Shown piece after piece: positions 35,915 to 45,734 of a stretch of 64,000 nt of DNA (its first letter is position 1; each line of letters opens with the position of its first letter). This DNA comes from Dehalococcoidia bacterium. GTDB taxonomy: Bacteria; Chloroflexota; Dehalococcoidia; Lucifugimonadales; UBA3495. The notes under the pieces are model-generated. The model saw nothing but the letters and a program-made list of their open reading frames with translations, made no database searches and was not told the origin of the DNA. The stretch spans positions 7,808-71,807 of the forward strand of contig CBDCEX010000018.1 in NCBI GenBank assembly GCA_965216025.1, written 5' to 3'. A program made the position numbers and the translations under genes.

Positions 35915-36105
35915 CTGATCTTTCGTCGTCCTCGGTGAAGATGCCAAGCCGTACCAGCTCGCTGTCATCGCCGGTAAGGCCGAACAGCCCGCAGGCGTTG
36001 TGGACGTCCACCTGGCGCTGCTGCGCCTCCGTCAGCCTGCCGGGAGGCCCTCTGAGCCGTCCGGAAACAACAGAGTCCCGTCTGGTCGCTCGATGATGGG
36101 CTCTA

Positions 36106-36251
36106 AACTAAAGCCAAGGTGAGATGTGCATTTCTGGATGTTCAGAGACTTGGCAGAGTCTTCCTCCAACTAAAGAATATGGATCTTACCGGGATACCTA
36201 AGCCCCATTTCTCAGTGTCCACAAAATGTAGATTCCACCTTGGCTTTAGTT
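36106..36251. mobile_element. 146-bp MITE with IS630-type terminal inverted repeats and TA duplication
   Basis: aactaaagccaaggtg (36106-36121) and caccttggctttagtt (36236-36251), flanked by TA at 36104-05 and 36252-53. The TIR matches the IS630 end at 8432. Confidence 0.7.
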
Positions 36252-37379
36252 TAGGGGCTCGCCGAGGGGGCTCTGTTCATTGTCCGGCTCGCGCAGCGCC
36301 AAATGACCATTTGCCATTTCCCAAACGACTTTCACTTGCCGCACTACGTCATCCAAGACGCGCCCGTATTCCGCTCCGGGCGTCAGGTAGATTGGTACGT
36401 CGTAAGGCCCACTACCCCCCAACTCGACCAGTGAGGGTACATTGTCCCGAGGTTGGGTCGGGCTGATTGGCACGTCGCTGCCAATCCACAGCCACAAGGG
36501 GGTATCGCCACTGGTTGCCCACAGGCGGTAATTCACACACAGGAACAAGTCGCCGGGGATCACTTCTCCCTGATCATTCCTGAACCTGAAATATCGCCCA
36601 TAGCCGTCCCTTTGCGCAGTGGCTCTAAAGCCTTTGACAGACATCCAGCCTTCCTTGCTGCCACGACTGTCAATCACATCATCGATAAGGCGATTGAGCC
36701 ACCGAAGCCTACGGGGTACTGAGAGGCTGAATTCGGCTGTCTTGATGGGTTGGAAAGCCTCGTCGTCCTCCCGTTGCGCCAGCCCACGAAGTTGCCGGAT
36801 GTCCGCGGCAACCAGAGAATCGGGAGGTACAGCGGCGGCCAAGTGGTCCAGGAGTAGAGGCCAGCTAACCAGCATCAGTCGCTTGTCCTGGCAGTCTGGC
36901 CCCATCACCCTGGCTCTGTGCATCTGATTGGATGTTTCGACTGCCTCCAGCTTAACCCCATCCGTCCCGCTCTCCATCTGGCGTGTGATCTCCCCCCACA
37001 GTATCTCCAGCCTCGTGGTGGGAGCGATGAACAACAGCACACCCGGCCCTGCGTCCTCCAGTTGGTCGAAGTAGCCGCTGGCCTGGCCCTCAAGCAGGGT
37101 GGCCCAGAACTTCGACTCGACCAGCAGCCGCTTCCCACCCACTTGGTCATAGCCCACCATGTCCGGGCGAGACCCGTCTTTGTACGTCACCTGTGTGTCG
37201 AAGCTGGCCAAGGCGTCCAGGTGATAGGCTCTCTCTCCCTCCCTCAGCAGGAGACCCAGCGCATCACGGCAGACAGGGGATTTATTCAGGATGAAGGCCA
37301 GAGCGTCGGTGGCCGTGTCCTCCACTCTATTGGTCAAGCGGGGCACCAGGTAGGCGAGCAGGGTGAGTTCTTGAGGCAT
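36246..37379 (-). CDS. PD-(D/E)xK-motif hypothetical protein, C-terminus altered by MITE insertion
   Basis: RPDMVGYD...KRLLVESKFWA fits a D...ExK nuclease core. The stop codon lies inside the MITE TIR. Without the MITE the frame runs 24 aa further, to a TGA at 36032. Confidence 0.55.
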   Translation of the reverse strand: MPQELTLLAYLVPRLTNRVEDTATDALAFILNKSPVCRDALGLLLREGERAYHLDALASFDTQVTYKDGSRPDMVGYDQVGGKRLLVESKFWATLLEGQASGYFDQLEDAGPGVLLFIAPTTRLEILWGEITRQMESGTDGVKLEAVETSNQMHRARVMGPDCQDKRLMLVSWPLLLDHLAAAVPPDSLVAADIRQLRGLAQREDDEAFQPIKTAEFSLSVPRRLRWLNRLIDDVIDSRGSKEGWMSVKGFRATAQRDGYGRYFRFRNDQGEVIPGDLFLCVNYRLWATSGDTPLWLWIGSDVPISPTQPRDNVPSLVELGGSGPYDVPIYLTPGAEYGRVLDDVVRQVKVVWEMANGHLALREPDNEQSPLGEPLN

Positions 37380-37390
37380 GGCGATTTTCC

Positions 37391-37768
37391 TCAGTAGTCC
37401 GCGTCTGGGTTCTGATGGGCTGGGTTGGTCGGATAGTCCTCCGGCTTCCCCGTGTCGCCGGGCTGAATCACGAAGTCCCGGCGGTCCCGATACAGGCGGG
37501 CGCGATTTATCACGTTCTCACCATCGGGGTCGAAGCCGTCCCACTGGCTGTTGAACCAGTATTTGAAGTCACCGATGAAGAGGTACTTGTTGCTCACGCG
37601 GAAGAAGCGGCAGGCTACGCCCTCGCCGTCCTGGAAGCGGGCGTAGAGGGCGTTCAGCAGTTCTCGCTGCCCGTCCTTCTCGCTGAGGACGTATCCATGG
37701 GGCCAAGTGTCCCGGTAGGTGACCGCCTCCCGCCAGGGGGCGCGAGCGATTAGTTCCGTCAGTTTCAT
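37391..37768 (-). CDS. hypothetical protein (conserved small protein, function unknown)
   Basis: 125-aa ORF ending 11 nt upstream of the start of the next gene. APWREAVTYRDTWPHGYVLSEKDG...YLFIGDFKYW is recalled from uncharacterised conserved proteins. Confidence 0.6.
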   Translation of the reverse strand: MKLTELIARAPWREAVTYRDTWPHGYVLSEKDGQRELLNALYARFQDGEGVACRFFRVSNKYLFIGDFKYWFNSQWDGFDPDGENVINRARLYRDRRDFVIQPGDTGKPEDYPTNPAHQNPDADY

Positions 37769-37857
37769 TCTTTATCCATATTCTTCACGTGCGGCAGCAT
37801 CAACTCGATTATAGCGGATACCAGAGATATGACTGGGTATTTGGGGACGGCTTGGGT

Positions 37858-37900
37858 AGGTGAGGCAGGGAAGTGGATGCTGCGGCTTTCGAGCAGGTGT
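37858..37900 (+). repeat. diverged remnant of an IS701-type left end
   Basis: aggtgaggcagggaagtggatgctgcggctttcgagcaggtgt versus 48561-48603 of the complete IS701 (5 mismatches). It explains the spurious ORF beginning MDAAAFEQV. Confidence 0.55.
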
Positions 37901-38138
37901 TCCTTTTCGGGCCTGAAAACGAAAGGATGGGCGTCTCCCGCCGACACCCCCGGATCACGCGGATTGAAAAAGGGTCAACACCTTCTCTCAGATTCCGGAG
38001 GTTGGTGGTCGGGCTTGGCGGATTCTTTATTTCAAACCGCAACAGGTGTGGCAGTTCTACCCCCTCGGTGGCACATTATTATTCCGCCGTTTACGGTCAT
38101 CAGCGTGTAAAATTGCATGAATATTCCTGATACCTTTA

Positions 38139-38399
38139 TCAAGATGACATGTCGTCTTTGTGGTCCAGGTGGTGCTTTTCTGCGGCGGTCTTGAGCCGGG
38201 GCAGGATGGCATCAAGACAAAAATCCTGTACGGTAGTGCGTTCCAGTGCGGCGACGGCCTTAAGCTGATCGGCTAAAGCTTCCGGCATCCGGATAATCAT
38301 CGCCTTGCGCGGACCCTGGGAGTCGCTGCGACGGGCTTTGGCTCCTGGGCCGCTGCCCCGTGCATCAGTCTGTTTCTTTTTGCCTGGTCGTATTTGCAT
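38139..38399 (-). CDS. ribbon-helix-helix partition/regulatory protein (ParG/CopG-like)
   Basis: An internal ATG at 38399 gives a basic N-tail followed by [36 protein letters not shown]. It overlaps the parA 3' end. Confidence 0.5.
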   Translation of the reverse strand: MQIRPGKKKQTDARGSGPGAKARRSDSQGPRKAMIIRMPEALADQLKAVAALERTTVQDFCLDAILPRLKTAAEKHHLDHKDDMSS

Positions 38400-39051
38400 A
38401 CCGTACCTCATGGTCTGAAAACGCGAGATCGTAAAGCTGGTCCATTTCCTCCGATGCCTTGGCATCGCTCGGGCGGTACTCACTGACGGTCAATCCTCGC
38501 GGCGCGGCGCGTTTGATAGCCACACGCTCACGGATCACCACATCGCCAATCTGCAGGGAACTACAATCGGCGATGGCAGCCTGGGCCTCCTGCGTGTCAT
38601 TATCCCGTGGGTTGGTCGAGGCCCGGTTGATAACCACCACGGCGGCAAGATCGGGATTGCCTGCTTTGGCGCTTCCAATACGGTCGTCAAGATGGCCGAG
38701 GGTCCATATATCCAGGCCGGCGGGCTGCACGGGAATGATCACACGGTCAGCCACGCGCAGCGCCCCGTCGATCTCTGCGCTATCACCGGCGGCGACGTCG
38801 ATCACCACATCATCATAGCGACGGGCCATGTCCTGCACTGTGCGGGCCAGGCCCGTACCGAATTTCTGTGCGCAACTGACAGACGAGAGGCTTTGCGCCT
38901 CTCGCGCTTCTGCCCAATAGCTGGCGCTGCCCTGGCGGTCGGCGTCGATAATGAGCACGTCCTTGCCGACGCTGGCCCGCATGCCTGCGAGATTGGTGGC
39001 AAAGGTGGTCTTACCGGTTCCACCTTTCTCTCCGAGTATGGCAACAATCAT
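38365..39051 (-). CDS. parA: ParA/Soj-family partition ATPase
   Basis: Deviant Walker [13 protein letters not shown], and [10 protein letters not shown]. Start chosen at [11 protein letters not shown]. Confidence 0.85.
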   Translation of the reverse strand: MIVAILGEKGGTGKTTFATNLAGMRASVGKDVLIIDADRQGSASYWAEAREAQSLSSVSCAQKFGTGLARTVQDMARRYDDVVIDVAAGDSAEIDGALRVADRVIIPVQPAGLDIWTLGHLDDRIGSAKAGNPDLAAVVVINRASTNPRDNDTQEAQAAIADCSSLQIGDVVIRERVAIKRAAPRGLTVSEYRPSDAKASEEMDQLYDLAFSDHEVRYANTTRQKETD

Positions 39052-39399
39052 CACGATGACCCATGTTGTGGATTGATAACTTGCTATCAAGCTAGCTAGT
39101 TATCTTTCTGCTGCTGTTATACTTCAACCCCCGCGGTAGTGTCCAGGAAAATGTTGGCGTTTTTATGGGGGAATGAATGACCTATCATGTCCCGGTATGG
39201 TGCTGAGGAGATCAGTCATACATAAACGTTAGCTGGACCAATCTTCAGAGGAAGAGAGGTTGCTGGATATCTTGAACTATAAACTGTGCCTTAAGCGCGT
39301 CAATTGTCCTCCGCATCCTAAGCAGTAAGGAAATTCGTTCCACCTCCCGCAGTAATAGCGTACCGTTCGCATTATTTTACTACTTCCCCTTGCTATTAT

Positions 39400-39421
39400 G
39401 CTATCTTGATATCAAGATAGC
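39400..39421. promoter_or_regulatory. perfect 22-bp palindrome upstream of parA (operator / centromere-like)
   Basis: gctatcttgatatcaagatagc. Related gctatc-containing repeats lie at 39075-39104 (gataac...gttatc arms) and about 39389-39400. Confidence 0.5.
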
Positions 39422-39559
39422 ACGTTATCAAAAGGGGTGCGGAGACACGCACAAGCTGCTGTTTTTGCAACTGGTCGTCGTTGCTGGGCTACGGCGTCTA
39501 TATTCAATTGTTGATGGCTGGAATAATTTCGACCATGGGCTTTGCTGCTTAGGTTCAAT

Positions 39560-39980
39560 TTATTGTTGCTCGTTTTCTTCGTTGCTAGCATCATCGTTCG
39601 ATTCTTCTTCCCCCTCAGGTACGACACCTCCGCCTCTGCCACCCGTGGGACCTCCCGTCGCCGGCGGTTGTCGGCCGGCTGTCCTTAGGCCTCTCCCCAA
39701 TAGCTTGGTCAGCAGTTCGTTTTCCGTTTCTAGCTGGGCCAATGCGGCGACTATAGGCAAGGCGCTCTTTTCGCTCTACCACGCCCCGATCCTTCGCTTG
39801 CAAGAGCAGATTCTCTTTTACCCTATTATCCAGCTCCAAGAACCAAATCTTGATTCCCTCGTAGAAAGGCCTATCTGAGATGAGCGCTTGGGGAATGTGT
39901 CTTGTGGGGAGGAGGCCCTGGACTACTGGCTGGTGACTGCCCCTGGGTCTGCGTTGAGGACCAGCGTAGTCCCGTCGCAT
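39560..39980 (-). pseudogene. IS3-type OrfA-like (HTH_Tnp_1) remnant followed by a coiled-coil/acidic tail in another frame
   Basis: MRRDYAGPQRR...ISDRPFYEGIKIW..LELDNRVKENLLL resembles RRxYSxEFK...ISxxTLYxWxK...LExEN of IS3 OrfA. A frameshift leads to ...AALAQLETENELLTKLL...EEESNDDASNEENEQQ. Confidence 0.3.
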
Positions 39981-40030
39981 TACACTTTTGGTGACTCACA
40001 GTGCCCAATGGTGACCGGGGAGCAACTCCC

Positions 40031-41723
40031 TCATGGGGTCGCCACCGCAGGTACTGTCTCGGCCAACCCTTGAGCCGCCTTCTCCATCTCCACCAAGCGA
40101 GCACGGACCATGCGCTTGATGTTGCAGGCCATCGCTTTGAGGTAGACGGTCAGCCGCACCCTGGGGCCCCCACGGACCCGCAGCCGTCCCAGCCCATGAG
40201 CACGCTTCAGCTCGGAGTTGGTGCCTTCGATCCCAGCGCGCACCCCGTACCGCTGAGCGAACTCCCAACTGGCCTGGGCTCGCCGCCGGCGCTGGATGTT
40301 CTCCTTGACCAGGTCCGCCTTGAGCACATACACCCCGATGTTCCGCTTCAGCCGCACTGGGCAGCGCCAACGCAACGGGCAGCACTCACAGGTTTCCCGG
40401 GCAAAGTGGATCTCCACCTTCTCTGGTGCGTCGCAATCCTCGTACTCATCAATGGAGCTATGCCCTGCCGGACAGATGGTGGCCCTGGCGCCGGTGGCGT
40501 CGATGGCGAAGTCAGCGGCGGTGAGCCACTCCCCAGTCTGCTCCACCACCCCTTTTGGGGGCTGGCCCTGCCACCGGACTCACTAGCTCCGTTCCCCCGC
40601 GCCAGGCTTCGAAGGCATTGCGCCCAGAGCCGAAGGTGGTGTCGGCGATGAGCTCCTCCGGCGGAATCCCCCGCTCCGAGAGGGCGTCGATGAGGGGCAC
40701 CGTCACCGTCGCGTCGCTGCCGCTGGATGGGGTCACCTCCACGTGGGTGATGATCTGGGTGGCGTTCTCCTCATGACAGCTCTCCGCCACCTGTACCTCG
40801 TAACCCTTGCCTTTGTGCCCGCTGTAGGTGGCATCCGGGTCGTGGGGCGACTGCAGGGAGTCGGCGGGCACCTCCTTAGGCTCCTTCAGGGCGATGGGCA
40901 CCTTCCCCTCCCCCGCATCGTCGTCATCGTCCCCAGGCCGTCCATCTCCATGCCTGCTCACATGGCACTGCTCCCGCAGCAGCCGCTGCAGCAGCCGGTA
41001 TTCCTCCAGCCGGCCGGCAGCCGTGCCACCAAAGCGGTCCACCAGCCGGTAGAGGTCCCGGGCACACACGGCCAGCCGCCGGCGACCCTCCGCCGAGGGG
41101 GCGTCCTCGTAATGGGTCGCCTGCTCTTCTTCCTTCAAGTAGCGCCCCGCAAGGCCCTCGGGTACCACGCGGCGAAGCTCTGGGTGCTCCTGGCCCACGG
41201 CCCGAAGGAACAACCGCATGGTCTCACAGAACAGACCCAGCCGCGTCAGGGTGGCGATGTTGCTCATGATGTGGGTGGAATCCAGCCGCTGCCTGCCGGT
41301 GCCTATCCCCAGGGCCTGGATCATCCGGTCCGTGGTCTCCTCAAAAGCCAGCCGCCCACCGTCGTGCCGCATCAGGCGAACTCGGAAGTTGTGCAGCGTC
41401 TTCTGGGGCAGGTGGGTCTCATCCATGTCCAGCCCCAAGGCGTGGTGCCACAGCAGGTTGAACTCCAGTTGCTCCAAGGCTTCCTGGTCGGTGAGGTTGA
41501 ACATCTCTTTAAGGATGTGGACTCCCAGGACGGTCTGCACTGCCCGATTGGGGCGCCCGTTGTCGGCGCAGTACATCGGAGCGAATCGCTTCTCGTCAAT
41601 GAGGGGGAGCGCCTGATTCCTGAAGACCTCGGCCCAACTCCCCTTCAGGCGCTCAGCCTTCTTCGGCGTCACCAGGAACTGGGACTGCCAGAGGCTCTCT
41701 TGCTGGTCTCGCATTCGGAACAT
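40031..41723 (-). pseudogene. IS1182-like (InsH-N/DDE_Tnp_1_6 type) transposase, split by a frameshift near 40550
   Basis: FAPMYCADNGRPNRAVQTVLGVHILKEMFNLTDQEA...DPDATYSGHKGKGYEVQV in ORF 40512..41723. This continues as ...CPLRWRCP...RYGVRAGIEGTNSELKRAHGL in ORF 40031..40549. Confidence 0.75.
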
Positions 41724-41836
41724 GCTCCCCTCCCTCGCCCTTTCCTTACTTTATACCCACCTTACATTATGTCCACCTTGCCCCCGGCTAACGAGGGGTT
41801 TTTACTAAGGCGTGTGTACATTCAGAACACACATAA

Positions 41837-43108
41837 TCAGGTTTGTCCTTCCCTGAGGTTGGACGGTGCTGTTCTCCGATCATTCGGGTCGGTTTCACCA
41901 CCCCTTGCTGGGGTGGCCAGAGCCGGCCCGTCACGGAGCATCGGCCCCCTGCCTGGAGGCTTGATCAGGTTTCTCAGGTTCAGTGCGGCATTCACATTCC
42001 GGTCATGCCTGGTCCCGCAATTCCCGCACGTCCAGTTCCGTTCCCGCTTGAGTTTCGCGTTCACGGTCCCGCAGGTGCTGCAGGTCTTGCTGCTGGGATA
42101 CCAGACTGATGCCATCGTTACCCGGGTAGATCTCCAGTTGCTCTTGTAGAGCAGTTGCCGCTTGATTTCCCCCATGCCGGCGTCGGCCTGGGCCTTGGGG
42201 GTTGGTCCCTGCATCATCCCGGCTACGTTCAGGTTTTCTATGACCAGTTCTTTGAATTTTCTGGTGACCTTGCTGGTCATCTGGTGCTGGGCGTTGTGCC
42301 GGAGTCCATGGATCCTCCGGTGGCATCGTTCGATCCTCCGCTGGGCTTCCCACCAGCCCCGGGAGCCTCTTTGTCTCCGGGCCTGGGCCCTCTGCCATCT
42401 GCGAAGTTTCTTCTCCACTTGGTAGGTTGCCTTGGGGTTCTCGTATTCCTGGCCGTCGGAGTCGGTGCCCAGGGGGTTGATCCCAGTGTCGATGGCGCCG
42501 GCCCTCCGGTTGTCGTTCTCCGGCCTGGGCTCGGGCTCTCTCCATAGTTTGAGGCATAGATACCATTGGCCGTTCTCGTGCTTGATGTGGGCATCATGAT
42601 AGATACCCTTGGGCAGGGTGCAGTCCAGCTTGATGGACCCCAGACCGGGGAGTTGGATCCTGCGCTTGCCGTTGTATCTGATCTGTTTGACTCCGCTGGC
42701 GGCCCGGAATGAGCCGGTGCCGGTGAACTTCCGGCGCTTGAACCTGGGGGCTCTGGTCTTGAGCTTTGGGTTTCTCCAGTTTTCGATGGCCTTGCCGAAG
42801 TCCATGAAAGCCCCCTCGGCGACACGGCTAACAACTTCCGTAACGAAGGGGTAGTCCTCGTGCTTGCAGTCGTTGAAGGCCTTGTAGATATCCTGCCAGG
42901 ACGGCCATCTGAGCCGGTTTACCCGGTGGAACCGGTGGGTGGCCACGGCCAGGTTGTAGCAGAACCGGCTGATCCCCATGGCCCGGCGGCAGTACTGTTC
43001 CTGCCTGACCGTCAGTCGGACTGGGACTCTGGTGCCGGCGGGCATCCATCCCTCCGGGCGGGTGCTTCTCCGCTGGGACTTCGGCGTGATCTTTCTTTGC
43101 GTAGTCAT
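41837..43108 (-). CDS. tnpB: TnpB (IS200/IS605-family RNA-guided nuclease, OrfB)
   Basis: RuvC-I AIDTGINPLG, zinc ribbon CSTCGTVNAKLKRERNWTCGNCGTRHDRNVNAALNL, and an N-terminal OrfB HTH region. No tnpA is present. Confidence 0.85.
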   Translation of the reverse strand: MTTQRKITPKSQRRSTRPEGWMPAGTRVPVRLTVRQEQYCRRAMGISRFCYNLAVATHRFHRVNRLRWPSWQDIYKAFNDCKHEDYPFVTEVVSRVAEGAFMDFGKAIENWRNPKLKTRAPRFKRRKFTGTGSFRAASGVKQIRYNGKRRIQLPGLGSIKLDCTLPKGIYHDAHIKHENGQWYLCLKLWREPEPRPENDNRRAGAIDTGINPLGTDSDGQEYENPKATYQVEKKLRRWQRAQARRQRGSRGWWEAQRRIERCHRRIHGLRHNAQHQMTSKVTRKFKELVIENLNVAGMMQGPTPKAQADAGMGEIKRQLLYKSNWRSTRVTMASVWYPSSKTCSTCGTVNAKLKRERNWTCGNCGTRHDRNVNAALNLRNLIKPPGRGPMLRDGPALATPARGGETDPNDRRTAPSNLREGQT

Positions 43109-43681
43109 GGCTATTGCCTTCGGTGTTGAATGTACACAGACTCTAGGGAATCAATCTTGTCATCCAGATCTTTGACCCTTTGAATCATCAGTTTTTGCTT
43201 GCCTATCCCTGGTGAGTGACGGACTATTATCCTTGCCGGGTCCTGGCGCCAGCTTGCTACCTCCATAATCCTCATCCGGATCGACAATGCGGTCCAGTTT
43301 CCCGTTCTTTCAGTACCGTTCCATGGAGCGCTGGCTACGGGGTCTTGCTTGCTCTAACAATCGGGCTGCTTCCCGGGAAGTAAGGGTGTGTTCTTCATTG
43401 AGCTCGCCCGACAGTGTCGGACCACGTCCGACATCGTCATCGTCCGCCATAGTCCGACCATGTCCGCCATTGTCGCGAACGGTCGTGGGTTCTAATGATT
43501 CCCTGCTCTGGTTCCATTCATTCAAGGTAATCTAGCGGCTGATACTGCGAGAAAGTTATCCACATTTACAGGTTATGTGAGTAATAGGATAATTAAGCAA
43601 TGGTAACGCGTAATCCTGATATGAGAGTAAGGTCGGTAGAGCTGACGGCGATAGGGGAATTACAAGGAGCGGAACATCCTT

Positions 43682-43833
43682 CTAATATTACAACGACGCT
43701 TCCTCAATTTGGTCAGTTTTTGACCGGAAATCGCTTCGCGGAAGGCAAGGCCACAAAGCTGTCGAGCGCGTGGGCAGGTTGCTATGAAGGGTACTCAAGA
43801 TCCCTTTCTTGCGATCCGTCGTTGTAATACTAG
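43682..43833. mobile_element. 152-bp MITE with IS701-type TIRs, copy 1
   Basis: ctaatattacaacgacg...cgtcgttgtaatactag. Near-identical to 45731-45882. The TIR matches the IS701 ends at 48502 and 49965. Confidence 0.75.
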
Positions 43834-45730
43834 AGGATCGGCCGAAAAGCACCCTGATCCAGGCTAGTCCGATATAATGGGTAGGAGAATTTAATGGGTG
43901 TGGGAGGCAGGGGATGCTGGGAAAACGCTCTAAACAGCTGGGGTTCCTGGAAGCGGACCATCTCTACCTGGACTATGTGGGTCGCGGCTCCTTCTACGGC
44001 TTCCTGGCCTCCCTGCGGGGTCAGCTATTTCGAGACGAAGACTTCGCCGAACTGTATTGCCCAGACAATGGCCGGGACAGCGTGCCGCCCAGTCTGGTGG
44101 CCACCGCGCTGTTGCTGCAAGCCTACGACAAAGTTAGCGACCTGGAAGCCAAGCAGAGGGCGGATTTCGATATCCGGTGGAAGGTGGCGTTGGGGATTGA
44201 GGTGGAGGACCGGCCATTTGCCAAGAGCACCCTGCAACTGTTTCGAGCCCAGCTGATCCTCCACGACCAGGTGCGGTCCGTCTTTCAGCGCAGCCTCCAA
44301 TTCGCCCGGCAGACCGGCTGCCTGAAAGGACGGCGGATGAAGGTGGCGGTGGACACTACCTACATTCTGGGTCGGGGAGCGGTCAAGGACACCTACAACC
44401 TGCTGGCCGACGGCATAGTCCAGGTGGTCAGGGCATTGGCCCAACTGGATGGGACCCGGGCCGAGGAGTGGGCCTTGAGACACGGCCTGGAGCTTTACTT
44501 TGGCTCCAGTGTGAAGGGAGAGGCGGGGATTGACTGGGACAACAAGAAAGAGCGGCAAGCCTTACTGCAGAAGATAGTAGCCGATGCTGACCTGGTATTG
44601 GAACTGGCCCGTCAGGCCCAAGGTAGATTTCCCGCAGATAGTCCTGAGCGCCAGGCTATTGGAGAAGCAGCGGAACTCTTGGGGCAACTCCTCTTGCAAG
44701 ATGTGGAACGGCAGGAGGATGGTCCGGCCCGGAAGGATGGCGTAAGCCGGGACCGGGTCCCTTCGGCGCACGACCCGGAGATGCGCCATGGGCGCAAAAG
44801 CAGCAGCAAACGCTTCGACGGACATAAGGCTGCCGTGGTGGTGGATACCGATTCCCAACTGGTGACCGCGGTAGACATTCTGCCCGGCAATGCCGGTGAC
44901 AACACCGGAGTCTTGGAATTGGTGGAGCAGAGTGAAGAGAACACGGGCATAGCGGTGGAGGAGACTATCGGGGATGCGGCCTATGGGGATGGCGGGACGC
45001 GGCAGGCCTTTGCCGATGCCGACCGGACGCTAATAGCCAAGGTGCCGGGTCGTCCTAACAAGGCCCGCTTCCCCAAGGAAGACTTCCAGATCGACCTGAC
45101 GGCTGGCGCCTGCACCTGCCCGGCCGGGCAGGTCACCCACACGCTACGTACCATGGGCAACCGGACCAACCGGTTGGGTCAGACCTACCCGGCCCAGAGT
45201 TTTAAATTCGACCCGGCGGTCTGTGGCGTATGCCCGCTGCGAGACCAATGCATTGCCAGCAGCAAGGGCAAAGGCCGTTCGGTGACTCTCCACCCTCAGG
45301 AAGCGCTCCTGCAACAAGCCCGGGCCTTCCAGCAGAGTGAGGATTTTGCCGAATACCCTAGTCGGCGACAGGTGGTCGAGCATCGCCTGGCTCGGCTGGT
45401 TCAACTGGGAGTCCGCCAATCTCGCTACTTTGGCCGGACCAAGACCCTTTATCAGCTACTCCTGGCAGCCACGGTGGCCAACCTGACCCTGGTGGCTACC
45501 AAGACGGGGATGATGTCCCATGGTCCAGGCTCCTCCCCCAATAAACCAGAGAATAGACCGGACCGGCCCGCCGCCGGAGCCTGCCCTGAGTTCGCCACCG
45601 GGTCGCCCATCGTTACCGCCCAATTCATATTGGTCGCTGCCAGCTGGGCCGCCCTTAGTCTCAGACCTGGCCCAGTCCACTGGTTAACCTCCGCCTCATC
45701 TCGTCACAGCAGGGCTTTTCAGCCGGGCTT
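43834..45730 (+). mobile_element. IS1182-family insertion sequence lying exactly between two MITE copies
   Basis: Imperfect IRs ggatcggccgaaaagcaccctg (left) and cagcagggcttttcagccgggcttc (right) enclose the transposase. Confidence 0.75.
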
Positions 45731-45734
45731 CTAG
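43914..45734 (+). CDS. IS1182-family transposase
   Basis: FAELYCPDNGRDSVPPSLVATALLLQAYDKVSDLEA...DPEMRHGRKSSSKRFDGHKAAVVVD...GDAAYGDG...CPLRDQC...VEHRLARLVQLGVRQSRYFG. The stop codon TAG falls in the first bases of the flanking MITE. Confidence 0.85.
   Translation: MLGKRSKQLGFLEADHLYLDYVGRGSFYGFLASLRGQLFRDEDFAELYCPDNGRDSVPPSLVATALLLQAYDKVSDLEAKQRADFDIRWKVALGIEVEDRPFAKSTLQLFRAQLILHDQVRSVFQRSLQFARQTGCLKGRRMKVAVDTTYILGRGAVKDTYNLLADGIVQVVRALAQLDGTRAEEWALRHGLELYFGSSVKGEAGIDWDNKKERQALLQKIVADADLVLELARQAQGRFPADSPERQAIGEAAELLGQLLLQDVERQEDGPARKDGVSRDRVPSAHDPEMRHGRKSSSKRFDGHKAAVVVDTDSQLVTAVDILPGNAGDNTGVLELVEQSEENTGIAVEETIGDAAYGDGGTRQAFADADRTLIAKVPGRPNKARFPKEDFQIDLTAGACTCPAGQVTHTLRTMGNRTNRLGQTYPAQSFKFDPAVCGVCPLRDQCIASSKGKGRSVTLHPQEALLQQARAFQQSEDFAEYPSRRQVVEHRLARLVQLGVRQSRYFGRTKTLYQLLLAATVANLTLVATKTGMMSHGPGSSPNKPENRPDRPAAGACPEFATGSPIVTAQFILVAASWAALSLRPGPVHWLTSASSRHSRAFQPGF

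Noticed and set aside
37873-38130. 85-aa ORF beginning MDAAAFEQV, identical to the IS701 transposase start
   Set aside because: Only the first ~10 codons match. The region is a diverged solo remnant of an IS701-type left end, not a gene.
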